Source: Candidatus Hermodarchaeum yapensis (GTDB lineage: Archaea > Asgardarchaeota > Hermodarchaeia > Hermodarchaeales > Hermodarchaeaceae). Taken from it: a stretch of 64,000 bases of DNA. The notes under the pieces are model-generated. The model saw only the letters and a program-made list of their open reading frames with translations. It was not told the origin of the DNA and searched no databases. The translations under genes were made by a program, and so were the position numbers. Numbering within the stretch: position 1 is the first letter of the stretch; each line of letters begins with the position of its first letter. Positions 10,688 through 20,739 of the stretch are shown here, one piece after another. The stretch lies in the NCBI GenBank assembly GCA_016840405.1, contig JAEOSK010000006.1, forward strand, positions 1 to 64,000, in the 5' to 3' direction.

Positions 10688-11023
10688 TTAATGACGTAGT
10701 TTGTTCAGTTTTCGGATGTCGAGGGTTCCGAATTTATTGTATGCTCGAATGATGAAGGCTAGCGCAATGGCAATGACGCCACCACCGATACAGATACTGA
10801 CGATGACGATTGCTTGAGCTAGTAGGTCAATGTAAAAGCCCTGCCAGGCAACGGCAAAGGTGATGAAGTTCAAGTGAGCTCCGTCAAGAAGTAATTCTAG
10901 GGCAATAAGGAACCTGATCATATTTCGCTTCGTCGCCATTCCATAAATTCCAATAGCATACAGGAAGACTGCGACGATGAGGAATACATAGATGGGGACG
11001 CCTAACAATTCAAGATATGACAT
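10688..11023 (-). CDS. nuoK: NuoK-like subunit
   Basis: Three TM helices; KRNMIRFLIALELLL; position in the operon. Confidence 0.85.
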   Translation of the reverse strand: MSYLELLGVPIYVFLIVAVFLYAIGIYGMATKRNMIRFLIALELLLDGAHLNFITFAVAWQGFYIDLLAQAIVIVSICIGGGVIAIALAFIIRAYNKFGTLDIRKLNKLRH

Positions 11024-11029
11024 TTTGAA

Positions 11030-11329
11030 TTACTCCTCCTCCATTGCTTCTGTTGACTTTGGTTCAGCCACGTGGAAAAAGATTGAGGCCGCCAGAGCGG
11101 CGACAAACAGAAACACGCCTTGTAGAACCATATCGATGCCCCGATAATGCCATAACATTTCACCGAGTGCATGGATCATATCATAAACGTCATCCGGTGA
11201 AACAAATCGAGTCAGTGGAATAGGATCCTGAGGAATCAACACTACTCCAGCCATTCCCATTACAATCAGATATGCAAAGAGAAGTCCAAACAACAATGTT
11301 AGGATAAAACCTACTGCTTTGATTCTCAT
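11030..11329 (-). CDS. Small membrane subunit (C-terminal half of a split NuoJ, or MbhE/F-like)
   Basis: Two TM segments; LWHYRGID motif; lies between the NuoJ-like and nuoK genes with overlapping stop/start. Confidence 0.6.
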   Translation of the reverse strand: MRIKAVGFILTLLFGLLFAYLIVMGMAGVVLIPQDPIPLTRFVSPDDVYDMIHALGEMLWHYRGIDMVLQGVFLFVAALAASIFFHVAEPKSTEAMEEE

Positions 11330-11700
11330 GTCACGTCCTCCTCTTCGATTTCACCAGTACCACGACGTGTCGATAACGAAACAGCAGCCACTAACAGAAT
11401 CGTAACTGCCCCCGCATAAACTGCGAGCTGGAAAAAGGCCACCCACGGGGCAAAAAGCGCCAAGTAAATTAATCCAAGCGCAATAGCGGATCCTGCCAAA
11501 TAGAGAGCAGAATGTAAGAGATCTTTATCTTCCATTGCTAGAATGGCAAATACCACCACAAGAATAAGCAGCCCATATAAAGAATACACGGAAAATGGTG
11601 GACCTAACAGCATAAACAAAGACAATACGATGGCTACGGCTATTATTGCCAGTAGCCCAACGACCACAGTTCGAGATAACGACATCGTTGGAATCTCCAT
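11326..11700 (-). CDS. nuoJ: NuoJ-like subunit (N-terminal half)
   Basis: DLLHSALYL...APWVAFFQLAVYAGAVTILL matches the NuoJ QxxVYxGA motif. Confidence 0.8.
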   Translation of the reverse strand: MEIPTMSLSRTVVVGLLAIIAVAIVLSLFMLLGPPFSVYSLYGLLILVVVFAILAMEDKDLLHSALYLAGSAIALGLIYLALFAPWVAFFQLAVYAGAVTILLVAAVSLSTRRGTGEIEEEDVT

Positions 11701-11822
11701 TACGGTAACTGGAGTACTTAGACCCGCCTTTTTCTTGCTTCTGCTTAAAAGTGTAGCTACAAGTTTGACTTTTTTTCATCACATTGAGCAACTTGACACT
11801 TTTCACAAAGTATTTTGAAAAG

Positions 11823-13250
11823 GTGAACTACCCCTGCTTTCATGCAGTGGTTTCCATCGAGTCCTCTACCCGGGGAACATGGGGGAGGGCTGTGTGTCGA
11901 TGTAAGCCATGCAAGAAAGCTTGTAATGGCTCCCCGTTTACTGGGGGTTGCTGCAATAGGAACCGCACCATAAGGTTTACTGCGGCATTCTGATCTCGAT
12001 TAAAGGGGGTTCCACAATCGCATTGAATAAGACGTTCCGATAACTGACGATCTCGAACCGTGCCACATACACAGCATCTCTTGGTTGCCTGCGTCTCGTC
12101 AATTCTTATCACTCTTTTACCTACTTTCTTGGCTTTGTAGGTCAAGAATTGGACGAATCGCCCCAAGAAGTCGGTGTTCTGGATAGAATGATGTAGTGTT
12201 CGAGTTGCTGCATCCTGTCGCCGACACCCCGACACTTGTTTTTTCCGCGCCATCTGTTTCACCACGAGATTCCCAACGATGATCGTGTTAGCCCGAGTAT
12301 TCATAACCACTGACTTGGAAATTTTATGTTGAAAATCCCGTAACTGGTTAGCCAGTTTCCGTCGCATCTTCAGCAATTTTCGCTGATAGAACCACCATCG
12401 ATTACTAGATTCTCGACAATGATCGCGTCGCGATTGTACTTCTCGAAGTTTGTCTTTCCAGTACAGGTCCGGACGACGATTGCGAATTTGGACGAACTTT
12501 CCCTGTGGGTTCACTGCCGTGACCAAATTGATCACCCCCAAGTCAATGGCTTGATACCGTCCATTGTCTACATATGGGGGAACTGGCACCTCGCAGGTGA
12601 TGGCGACAAACCATCGACGTCGTTGATCTTGAAAGATTTCCACCTGCTTGATTCTACCGCTTAGAGGTGGTAACTAAGATAACGCAAACTCAAGTTCAAC
12701 TCCCGAAGGATGACGGTGGGCGAAACGAATCTTCTGGTGATCAACATCAAATACAAATCCGGATTGATTATAGCACAATGTAGTAAAGTAGTGTTTGCCC
12801 TTACAGCGGGGAGGTCGGGCTTGGATATCGCCGCGATGCCAGCAGGCGAAGAACGACTTGTAATCGGCATCGAGACGTCGTAACACCATTTGCAGGACCT
12901 TTGAATAGACCCAGGCATATTCGGGATATTTTACTTTGAGAACAGGCAGGAAATTTTGTTGTTGTATGTACGTGATGTAGATGCGCTCGGTCTTCGGTTT
13001 CGTACGATTGGTTGCCCACCGTTGGCGTCTTTCGGCAAGGGCAAAGTTGTAGAGAAGGCGACATTTTTCGGATAACGCCCACAAGACATGGGCTTGTTCC
13101 GGCGTAGGAGCTATGCGGATTTTTCGTGTCAGCAGCATCCGGGTCATGGAACAATAAAAAAGTCATCGGCGTTTTTCAGTCTGTGGGAGAGGTGCTGATA
13201 ACTATTGGGCGATTCTTCTCCGCCTTGAAAAATGGGGACTTCTTGGCAAA
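11823..13250 (-). mobile_element. Non-autonomous IS200/IS605-family element (tnpB only)
   Basis: Minus-strand right end reads ...GAAACCACTGCATGAAAGCAGGGGTAGTTCAC (hairpin + TTCAC). A left-end-like hairpin CCAAGAAGTCCCC...TCAAGGCGGAGAAG follows TTTAT near 13250. Left boundary approximate. Confidence 0.8.
11840..13147 (-). pseudogene. tnpB: TnpB interrupted by an in-frame TAG at 12674-12676
   Basis: The two track ORFs share a frame (TCT TAG TTA CCA...CAG GTG). Motifs LYNFALAERR, AIDLGV, CCVCG..CDCG, NRDQNAAVN. Confidence 0.88.
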
Positions 13251-13308
13251 TAAATTAAATACGGTGAAAGCGCCCCAACTCCAGATAGGAAGTATTCTTC
13301 AAGGAGGA

Positions 13309-13866
13309 TTGCTAACCGTTTCGCTACCCCCCATCATCTCGGTATTTGGGTTTAAAGACTCAGGGAAAACGACAGTGGCTACAGGCATTATTAAGCATCT
13401 TAATAGTCTGAACCGTTGTGTTCTTAGTGCGAAACATGTTGGAGAACCTACCTTCTCAATTGATAGCCCAGGAACAGACTCATATCGGCATTTGGAAGCA
13501 GGTGCAACAGCAACATTTCTCCACAGTGAAACCTCAACCACACTACTTCTTAGCGAACCAGTCAAAGATTTATGGGCACTTTTAGAATTGGGTGTAAAGG
13601 CAGTCCCTGTTGATGTCATCGTTGTCGAAGGCTTTCGCACTTGGACACAACAAAACCAGCAAATTGCAAAAATCATCTGCATCCGAACAATAGAAGAAAT
13701 CTCTGAGTTTCAAGCCGAAACAGCAAGCCCTATTCTTGGTCAATGCACGCTGAACCCAGAGATCCAATCGGTCATCAATATTCCTGATGAATTGCCCTTC
13801 CTCCTCGAAGCTATTGACAAATGGCTTCTTACAGCCCCCTCCATACCTATAGGTGAAAAAAAATGA
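13309..13866 (+). CDS. mobB: Molybdopterin-guanine dinucleotide biosynthesis protein B-like
   Basis: SVFGFKDSGKTT P-loop, AKH, D.PGTDSYRH..AGA, VIVVEGFR. In-frame TTG at 13309 follows GGAGG; the upstream part of the track ORF is IS sequence. Confidence 0.85.
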   Translation: MLTVSLPPIISVFGFKDSGKTTVATGIIKHLNSLNRCVLSAKHVGEPTFSIDSPGTDSYRHLEAGATATFLHSETSTTLLLSEPVKDLWALLELGVKAVPVDVIVVEGFRTWTQQNQQIAKIICIRTIEEISEFQAETASPILGQCTLNPEIQSVINIPDELPFLLEAIDKWLLTAPSIPIGEKK

Positions 13867-14030
13867 CCAATGATGATAGGAAAACTACACTCATTGTTTT
13901 TGATCGTGAAATAGTAATAAACGATTACGTAGATGGTTTGCTCCAAAAGGTTGTGCTCGCTGTCGTCTCCGCACTTCGTGCACCAAAAACCAAGGGCACA
14001 GAAAAGGTTCGGATTGAAATATCTGATTAA
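13863..14030 (+). CDS. 55-aa protein resembling the C-terminal domain of archaeal MobB proteins
   Basis: ATGA overlap with the mobB stop; MTNDDRKTTLIVFDREIVINDYVDGLLQKVVLAVVSALRAPKTKGTEKVRIEISD. Below the track length cut-off. Confidence 0.6.
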   Translation: MTNDDRKTTLIVFDREIVINDYVDGLLQKVVLAVVSALRAPKTKGTEKVRIEISD

Positions 14031-14164
14031 CGCTTCATCAAAGACAATAGCAGGTTCGCAAGGTGAATTGCCCCTAAAGAAAAAATTCTAGTGGGAGCAA
14101 GCCTTTTATACAAAGCCAAACCCTTTGACTGCTAACGAGCCAAACCCCGTGGTGAACCCGGAGA

Positions 14165-14497
14165 ATGCAATTTACTTGGTTAGAAAACATCCAAGGATTT
14201 GGGTGGTTCCTTGCCGCCTTTGGCGTGATTCTTCTTATTGTTCTACTACTGTATTGGATTGGCAAACGAATCGCCCCGAGTAATCCGAACAAAGAAAAGG
14301 AAACAACCTATGCATGTGGTGAAGATATCCCAGGCGTGAAGACCCAATTCCATTCACACCTTCTTCGCTATGCTGTGTATTTTACGATTTTTGATATCAT
14401 AGCCTTTATACTGGCAACCTCGATGGGCATTTTCGGATGGGTTCCCCTCATCTATCTGGCCGTCGCCTTTGTAGCAATTCTAATCTTACGTAAATAG
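14165..14497 (+). CDS. nuoA: NuoA-like subunit
   Basis: Three TM helices; K..TYACGE; YAVYFTIFDI. Confidence 0.85.
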   Translation: MQFTWLENIQGFGWFLAAFGVILLIVLLLYWIGKRIAPSNPNKEKETTYACGEDIPGVKTQFHSHLLRYAVYFTIFDIIAFILATSMGIFGWVPLIYLAVAFVAILILRK

Positions 14498-14509
14498 GAG
14501 ATTAACAAA

Positions 14510-14944
14510 ATGGGTGTCGTTGATCGTCTTGTCACATGGGCTCGCATTAAATCCCCATGGATACTCCACCTGAACTCAGGGGGATGCAATGGATGCGATA
14601 TCGAAATCCTTGATGCATTAACACCTCGTTACGACCTTGAACGGTTTGGTGTCCTGTTGAAAGGCAGCCCACGCCATGCTGATGTACTCTTGGTTAGTGG
14701 GCCGATTACAAAACAGGTTGCAAAACGGTTTCTACGTATTTACAATCAGACTCCAGATCCCAAATTTGTCGTTGGAATCGGTGCCTGCACAATGTCAGGT
14801 GGTGTCTTCCGGGAATGCTATAACGTGATGGGGGGATTAGATGGTGTGATCCCCGTGAATGCTTGGATCCCGGGTTGTCCACCAAAGCCTGAGGCAATTA
14901 TTTATGGTGTTGCCGCACTACTCGGAAAGTTAGCAGGCGGATAG
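14510..14944 (+). CDS. NuoB / group 4 [NiFe]-hydrogenase small subunit
   Basis: SPWILHLNSGGCNGCDIE, SPRHADVLLVSG, PDPKFVVGIGAC, IPGCPPKP. Confidence 0.92.
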   Translation: MGVVDRLVTWARIKSPWILHLNSGGCNGCDIEILDALTPRYDLERFGVLLKGSPRHADVLLVSGPITKQVAKRFLRIYNQTPDPKFVVGIGACTMSGGVFRECYNVMGGLDGVIPVNAWIPGCPPKPEAIIYGVAALLGKLAGG

Positions 14945-14970
14945 GGATAAGTTTTGGTTAACGGAGGTAA

Positions 14971-15474
14971 ATGATTATGGCAAAAGAAGAGAAACCCCCA
15001 AAGAAGCCGACGAAGAAAGAAGGCGCAATGATGGCTGAAATTGAAAAAGCCATGGGTGATGATTTCATTTCATCCGAGTTCATGCGGGAACACAGTATCT
15101 ATGTGACCGTAAAAGCTGAAGCGGTTCGTAAAGCGGTTGATTGGATGAAAACAGAGTGGGGTCTTACCCACTTGTCATCGATTACAGGGATGGACCTACG
15201 AGGTGAACTAGCCGTGATTTACCACTTCGAAGTGAAAGCCGTCTCCGTGAGCCTTCACATCCAGGTGCCTACTTCACACCCTGAAGTCGATTCAATCACT
15301 CCCCTAATTCCTGGTGCTACGTTGTATGAACGAGAGGTTCATGACCTCCTTGGTGTTAAATTCAAGGGCCACCCGAACCTCAAACGATTAATTTTACCTG
15401 AGGACTGGCCCAAGGATGTATATCCTCTTCGAAAGGATTGGGAATCACCCCGTCTGGATAAGCCTGATAAATAG
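14971..15474 (+). CDS. nuoC: NuoC-like subunit
   Basis: HLSSITGMD, YEREVHDLLGVKFKGHP, LPEDWP..YPLRKD. Confidence 0.9.
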   Translation: MIMAKEEKPPKKPTKKEGAMMAEIEKAMGDDFISSEFMREHSIYVTVKAEAVRKAVDWMKTEWGLTHLSSITGMDLRGELAVIYHFEVKAVSVSLHIQVPTSHPEVDSITPLIPGATLYEREVHDLLGVKFKGHPNLKRLILPEDWPKDVYPLRKDWESPRLDKPDK

Positions 15475-15553
15475 TAAGTCACCTAATCTTCTCTAAGTAG
15501 TCTCATTATCAAATGATTAATGAGAATGATTACCAAGTGAAAATAGTTTAGAG

Positions 15554-16402
15554 CTATTTGGGTTTGGCAGGTTTACCTGCGAGTTTTGTTTTACCACCTA
15601 CGGTGCCATCATCAAAGTGGGGTGACCGATGAAGGCTATCACCATATTTTTCAATTTCTCTGGCTTCGTCTGCAAGAAGAGCAGCAGTTCGCATCATCTC
15701 ATGCGCAGAAGCTACTGTGGGGATGTATTTTTCGTGCTCTTTTTGCTTGAAACAACCCTTGATGGCAATGGGTGCGACGGCGGTGGCGATTTCGTAGGCG
15801 GCCATCGCTTTGGCACGAGCATAGGGATTTGTGAATTTACCTGCGCTGACAGCTCGTGAAGCATTAATCACTAAGGTAGGGACTTTCGGTTCTTTACCTG
15901 CAACAATATTAGCAATGGCTTCGTCTAATGCTTGTAGTACTCGACGAAGAGCTCCAGTAGCTGCTAATACACGGATGACATCAGCATTGAAGAGCACCAT
16001 TTCTGTCGGATCCAAGAATTCCCGACGCGCTCCAATCATGGAATCAGCAGGGATCAGGATGTAACCATAACCTTCAGCGGCTAGGGCTTCCCGTTGATCT
16101 TTGGGTAAGAGATCTGATAGAATAATGACAGGTATACCAGCTTTCTTGATCACTTCTCGGGCTTTGGCTGGACCTTTAAGTGCGGCATTCGGGCTGGGGA
16201 TTAATACAAGCTGAGGTTTCTGTTCAATAAGCTGTTGTGCGCTACGTTCGGCCACTTCCTCGTTCATCTTGGCACCGGAGCCAACAAGAACGACATCGAA
16301 GTTTTCGCGTTCAGCGCGTTCATCGAATAAGAGTTCGAGGAGGGGAGATGTTCCGATATTACCTAATTTCAATACACCAAGGAGAAAGGGAGTTGAACTC
16401 AA
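15554..16402 (-). CDS. mtd: F420-dependent methylene-H4MPT dehydrogenase
   Basis: KLGNIGTS..ELLFDERAERE, GSGAKM, SPNAALKGP, DSMIGARREFLDPTEM, ASAHEMMR. Probable TTG start at 16402. Confidence 0.95.
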   Translation of the reverse strand: MSSTPFLLGVLKLGNIGTSPLLELLFDERAERENFDVVLVGSGAKMNEEVAERSAQQLIEQKPQLVLIPSPNAALKGPAKAREVIKKAGIPVIILSDLLPKDQREALAAEGYGYILIPADSMIGARREFLDPTEMVLFNADVIRVLAATGALRRVLQALDEAIANIVAGKEPKVPTLVINASRAVSAGKFTNPYARAKAMAAYEIATAVAPIAIKGCFKQKEHEKYIPTVASAHEMMRTAALLADEAREIEKYGDSLHRSPHFDDGTVGGKTKLAGKPAKPK

Positions 16403-16511
16403 ACTAAGACCACCACAAAGTGTGTTGTATATGTAGCTGGTTCTGTCGTGGTTACATGACAAAAGTGTTTAGTTTCAAGTGAGAAAAACAAATGTAAGGG
16501 GTTCGGGGTGA

Positions 16512-17567
16512 TTATGGGTTGACTTTGGGAGCAGCGATTCGTCGGAGGCGGTCAAGGTTTTCTGCTTCGATTTCTTCATGAAGGAATAATTTGGCGGCAA
16601 TCATTTCTTCGATGAGGCTTTCACCTTGTTCGCTTCGAGCAAGGACGGTTGACCATTTTCCAGGAGTTCCAGCTCCACCTACAGAAACGTCGGCAAAGTC
16701 CGAAGAAAAATCGCGGCAATGATGACAGCCAGGATCCACCCAATCTTGGGCTTCTTTCAAGGGAATCTTCAACGATTCTTTAACACCCCGAGGGTAGACG
16801 AGAAGCTTTCCTTTGATGTCGAGTTTTCGGAGATTCTTCAGAGGAACACCTAGATCGTCGACGATTTTTTGTTGCATGAGTTCATCGAATTTGAAAGTCT
16901 CACTGCAAAAGAGTCCGATGGTAAACACGACCGTTCGATCAATTCGTTTCAGTGGGGCTAGTCGCATACGTTGTATTGCTTGGATATGACACGGTGTACC
17001 AACCAGTGCAATCTGTTTCAGTTTACGATCTTTGATTGCCTCCTTTAGTGCCACGAGATTCGGTGAGCGAGTGTAGCGGGATTTCGAAGCTGCAACGATT
17101 TCCTTTCTTGTTGTTGCCACTTGGGGCAAAGGATGCCATGGGTTATCCGGGTCAACTCCAGAGAGGACGGCACCTTCAATCTTACCCGTTTCTAAAAGAT
17201 GGACAAGCATGCCAGTAACAATTCCACCGTCTTGCGCACGTTTGCGAATTGACTCGTCAGCATTTCGAAGTGCGTATGCTTGACGGTAAACACCGAGTGC
17301 TGGATCACGTGTGGCATCCTCTCCAAAGACTTCGGTATAGAGGGGTCCATAATCATCAATCATCCTTGGACATGACTTCCAACAGAACTCACACTTATTG
17401 CACTCCTTCACCAACGTTGGTCGAAGGTTTTGCAGTTCTATTGCTCCGATGGGACATGCTGCTTCACAGCCACCACAGCTGCAGCATTTGCCAGCATCAA
17501 TGACATTTGCTTCTAAGTGCTCAAATCCAAGTTTCTCAGGCTTTTCCTTACTCAACGGAATCACCAA
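16512..17567 (-). CDS. FrhB/FpoF-family F420-interacting flavoprotein with N-terminal 2x[4Fe-4S]
   Basis: CCSCGGCEAACP..CNKCEFCWKSCP, AQDGGIVT, VGTPCHI, IGLFCSETF, GCHHCRDF..ADVSVG. Confidence 0.9.
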   Translation of the reverse strand: MVIPLSKEKPEKLGFEHLEANVIDAGKCCSCGGCEAACPIGAIELQNLRPTLVKECNKCEFCWKSCPRMIDDYGPLYTEVFGEDATRDPALGVYRQAYALRNADESIRKRAQDGGIVTGMLVHLLETGKIEGAVLSGVDPDNPWHPLPQVATTRKEIVAASKSRYTRSPNLVALKEAIKDRKLKQIALVGTPCHIQAIQRMRLAPLKRIDRTVVFTIGLFCSETFKFDELMQQKIVDDLGVPLKNLRKLDIKGKLLVYPRGVKESLKIPLKEAQDWVDPGCHHCRDFSSDFADVSVGGAGTPGKWSTVLARSEQGESLIEEMIAAKLFLHEEIEAENLDRLRRIAAPKVNP

Positions 17568-17658
17568 ATTTCAAGAACATATTTTTGTAGACAAAGAGGT
17601 GTTCTGTCTACTTAAACCTGCCATCCACACCAGCCATTGATGAATAGTGCGCTTGAGG

Positions 17659-18108
17659 TTAGTCCAGTTGGGTTATCTTAGGTTCCACATGAACCTTACA
17701 GACAATTGAACGGGTAATATGACAGTATTTTTCTGTTAGCGTGATAGCTCGTTTAACCTGAGAAAGCTTGGCGTTTTTGGGTACCGTGATCACCATGGTG
17801 ATGTAGATCTCTGTGAACTGCCAGCCACCTTCAGGATGTCTTTGGAGTACACCGTGTCCAGTAGCTTGATGAGCCACTAGTGGTTGTTTCATCCGATTCA
17901 TCATACTGGCAAAGGTGGTGATATAACAGCCCGTCACTGCTGACATGAAGAGATCATGGGGGGAGTATGCGTTTGGTTTACCTTCCCATTGAAGGGGGGA
18001 GGTGAGTGGAAGAGATGGTTTATCTTCAGGAGTAATAGTACCTTCTTTTCCACTTATCCAAGTGCTACTTGCATTGAACTCGTGAAATTCGACAGGTTTG
18101 TCACTCAT
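17659..18108 (-). CDS. OsmC/Ohr family protein
   Basis: SPHDLFMSAVTGCYITTF and EKYCHITRSI Cys motifs. Confidence 0.85.
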   Translation of the reverse strand: MSDKPVEFHEFNASSTWISGKEGTITPEDKPSLPLTSPLQWEGKPNAYSPHDLFMSAVTGCYITTFASMMNRMKQPLVAHQATGHGVLQRHPEGGWQFTEIYITMVITVPKNAKLSQVKRAITLTEKYCHITRSIVCKVHVEPKITQLD

Positions 18109-18254
18109 CTTGGACCCTCGGGCAGCCCTGAATTGAATTAGACTTTTAGCTGTTCGGGAGATTCAACACTTCACCAAGATGCAACAGCGAAAAAAGTATT
18201 AGGGCGCCTGTTGGACACAATCATATCTTCCTAGATGCTTCAGGTGAATCATGC

Positions 18255-19376
18255 ATGACTAGCAGTTTCGCAAATATGGATCCATTACAAGTGCAAAAAG
18301 GCTATCGAGATCCGAAACTCGCCCAACAAGCTGCACAAAAAATTAAAGAACTCGCTAAAGACGAAACTTACAAATTCATGCACTTGTGCGGCACTCACGA
18401 ATATACCATTACGCACTCAGGAATTCGTCAGCTTCTCCCAAAAAATGTCGAACTAATCGCAGGACCTGGTTGTCCTGTTTGTATTTGCCCACCAGAAGAT
18501 GTAGCGTTGGCAATTGAAGTGGCACAGCAACCAAACGCGCTTTTGACGACTTATGGCGATATGATGCGTGTACCTGCAGGAGATCTGGGTTCTCTGAATT
18601 TAGTTCGAAGTAAGGGTGCTAAGGTCCAAGTCGTGTATAGTATGATGGATGCGATTATTGCTGCAAAGGAAAATCCTGACAAGGAGGTTGTGCACTTTGC
18701 CATTGGTTTTGAAACCACTACGCCACCAACTGCCGCAGAAATCTTAGGTGATCCTCCGGAAAATTTCAGTGTTCTGGTTAGCCATCGACTCATTCCACCT
18801 GCAGAGGTATTTCTCCTCGAACAAGGTGAAGTGGGACTTCATGGATTCTTACTGCCTGGTCACGTTTCTGTGATAATTGGAGTTCAGGGCTATGTTTCGA
18901 TTTCAGAGCAATATGGAGTTCCTCAAGTGGTGGCCGGTTTTGAACCCTTGGACGTGTTATTAGGGCTGGTTATGCTCTTACGCCAAGTAAAGGAGGGACG
19001 GGGAGAAGTTGAGAACCAGTATACACGAGCCGTTACCTATGAAGGTAATGTGAAAGCTCGAGAGATGATTGACCAGGTTTTCCAGCCAGTTGATGCTCGA
19101 TGGAGAGGAATCGGACTAATTCCTGAATCGGGACTTGCATTACATGAGAAGTACATGAATTTTGATGTCCGGACCCGATTCGATATTAAAATTGAGCCAC
19201 AGAAATTTGAGATGCCACCAGGATGTAAGTGTGGTGAGGTATTGCGGGGGATTTTGCGTCCAGAAGAGTGCCCGTTGTTCGGTTCAGGGTGTACACCAGA
19301 GAATCCGATTGGTCCATGCATGGTGTCTACGGAGGGGACTTGCAGTGTGGTGTATGGGGCTCAGCCGATTCCTTAA
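18255..19376 (+). CDS. hypD: Hydrogenase maturation protein HypD
   Basis: CGTHE, GPGCPVC, GFETT, PGHVS, CKCGEVLRG..C..CTP..PIGPCMVS.EG.C. Confidence 0.97.
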   Translation: MTSSFANMDPLQVQKGYRDPKLAQQAAQKIKELAKDETYKFMHLCGTHEYTITHSGIRQLLPKNVELIAGPGCPVCICPPEDVALAIEVAQQPNALLTTYGDMMRVPAGDLGSLNLVRSKGAKVQVVYSMMDAIIAAKENPDKEVVHFAIGFETTTPPTAAEILGDPPENFSVLVSHRLIPPAEVFLLEQGEVGLHGFLLPGHVSVIIGVQGYVSISEQYGVPQVVAGFEPLDVLLGLVMLLRQVKEGRGEVENQYTRAVTYEGNVKAREMIDQVFQPVDARWRGIGLIPESGLALHEKYMNFDVRTRFDIKIEPQKFEMPPGCKCGEVLRGILRPEECPLFGSGCTPENPIGPCMVSTEGTCSVVYGAQPIP

Positions 19377-19713
19377 CTTTGGCTAGCTTTTTTGCAAGAA
19401 CTGCTTCGTGGAATCCTGGGCTTTCCAACCATTGGGCAGCTATTGTTTCAACTTCATCGACTTTAGCTCTAAGATAGCGGTCAATAAGGATTTCTCGATG
19501 AATGTTAGGAATGCCTTTGTCGCGCCAAAAACCCTCAGATTGTTCAGATGAGAGTTTTCGTGGATTTCCTCGAGCAATGGGTTGGTCGATCACATATCGG
19601 GCGAGCTGGGCTGCGAGAAGTTTAGAGTCTGTGCAAAGGAGGCGACCACGAATCCATAACCGACAATTGGTGCGACCTTGACAGGGACCTCGGGCGATGG
19701 AACAAAAAACCAC
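19327..19713 (-). CDS. Hypothetical protein with N-terminal Cys cluster
   Basis: GGTGA RBS-like sequence upstream; fills the gap; 50-bp overlap with the hypD 3' end. Confidence 0.45.
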   Translation of the reverse strand: MVFCSIARGPCQGRTNCRLWIRGRLLCTDSKLLAAQLARYVIDQPIARGNPRKLSSEQSEGFWRDKGIPNIHREILIDRYLRAKVDEVETIAAQWLESPGFHEAVLAKKLAKVKESAEPHTPHCKSPP

Positions 19714-19790
19714 TACAACTCACCTTTGTATAGTATCTCGTCGCAGGATTCAAAATGGCATAAACCTTTTGGTGCTACAGATAACTCGGA

Positions 19791-20735
19791 TTAGCCAATG
19801 GGCCAGTAAAGATCTTCAGTAGCTGTGGTGGCTTCGGCAATATCCCGCATCAGAGTGAGTAGAGCAAAGACATCAAAATTGGTGCCTTCACCAATGGTCA
19901 CAAATCGCTGATTTTCACTAGTAAAGGCATTTTCAGGATTCCAGTCAGTGGGCCAGGCAGGTACGGTTTCTAGTTGAATCATGGTTTGATTATCCCCAGT
20001 CACTTGGGTCACAATTAAGGGTACAGTGGGAAGACGGAGGAGAAAGGTTTCAGGGCGGAGAATATCGTCACTACCGCTACGCACGACTTGTAGGGGAGGG
20101 AAGAAGCGTGTGCCAACTTCACGTTCCAAGGGATAAGTGATGAGTTGACGAAGTGTGGCTTCGTCTTTAGGGTGGAGCGCCCGCGTCTCCAAGGATTCTC
20201 GAAGGAGTACAGCCGTTGTGATAAGATCATTGGGCTTCGTTACATTGGCAGGGAGTTTCGGAGCAGGACCACGATGAATATCAAATGCGCCGTTTGGATT
20301 GAAGCCTTCAGGCGTGATTCCTGGATGACTCGGGTTGAGTGTGAGCCAAAGAGCAAAGGGGAAAATGGGAGGCTCTTTGGAAAGCGCGGTAATTTTGAGT
20401 TTGTTCGAAAATGGACGAGTAAGGTATAGTGTATCAAAATGGTCCTTCGAGGAAAGCTGTACAACCAGGGTGAATCCTCCGAAATCGATTGGCTCAGGAG
20501 TTTTCCCACGCATTTCCATGTCGACTGCTGCTTCAGAAGATTCTTTGACACGACTAAACGCATTAGGCATGAGAAGAAGTTCAGGTTCCCCCGAGGAATA
20601 GGGTTCAAGTTGGTCAAGGAGTGAAGTAAGGAGTTCGGTATGTTGAGTAGTTGCAACTCGATCTAGAAGTGTGAATAATTCAGTGTTTTGTTTTCGAAGA
20701 CTTTCCATTGCACCAGCCAACTCAAAGATGAACAA
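19791..20735 (-). CDS. Hypothetical protein
   Basis: 314-aa ORF directly downstream of aor in the same orientation; no motif recognised. Confidence 0.6.
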   Translation of the reverse strand: MFIFELAGAMESLRKQNTELFTLLDRVATTQHTELLTSLLDQLEPYSSGEPELLLMPNAFSRVKESSEAAVDMEMRGKTPEPIDFGGFTLVVQLSSKDHFDTLYLTRPFSNKLKITALSKEPPIFPFALWLTLNPSHPGITPEGFNPNGAFDIHRGPAPKLPANVTKPNDLITTAVLLRESLETRALHPKDEATLRQLITYPLEREVGTRFFPPLQVVRSGSDDILRPETFLLRLPTVPLIVTQVTGDNQTMIQLETVPAWPTDWNPENAFTSENQRFVTIGEGTNFDVFALLTLMRDIAEATTATEDLYWPIG

Positions 20736-20739
20736 ACCA

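Noticed and set aside
13126-13308. N-terminal extension of MobB in the ORF track
   Set aside because: It runs through the IS left end; an RBS and TTG start lie at 13309.
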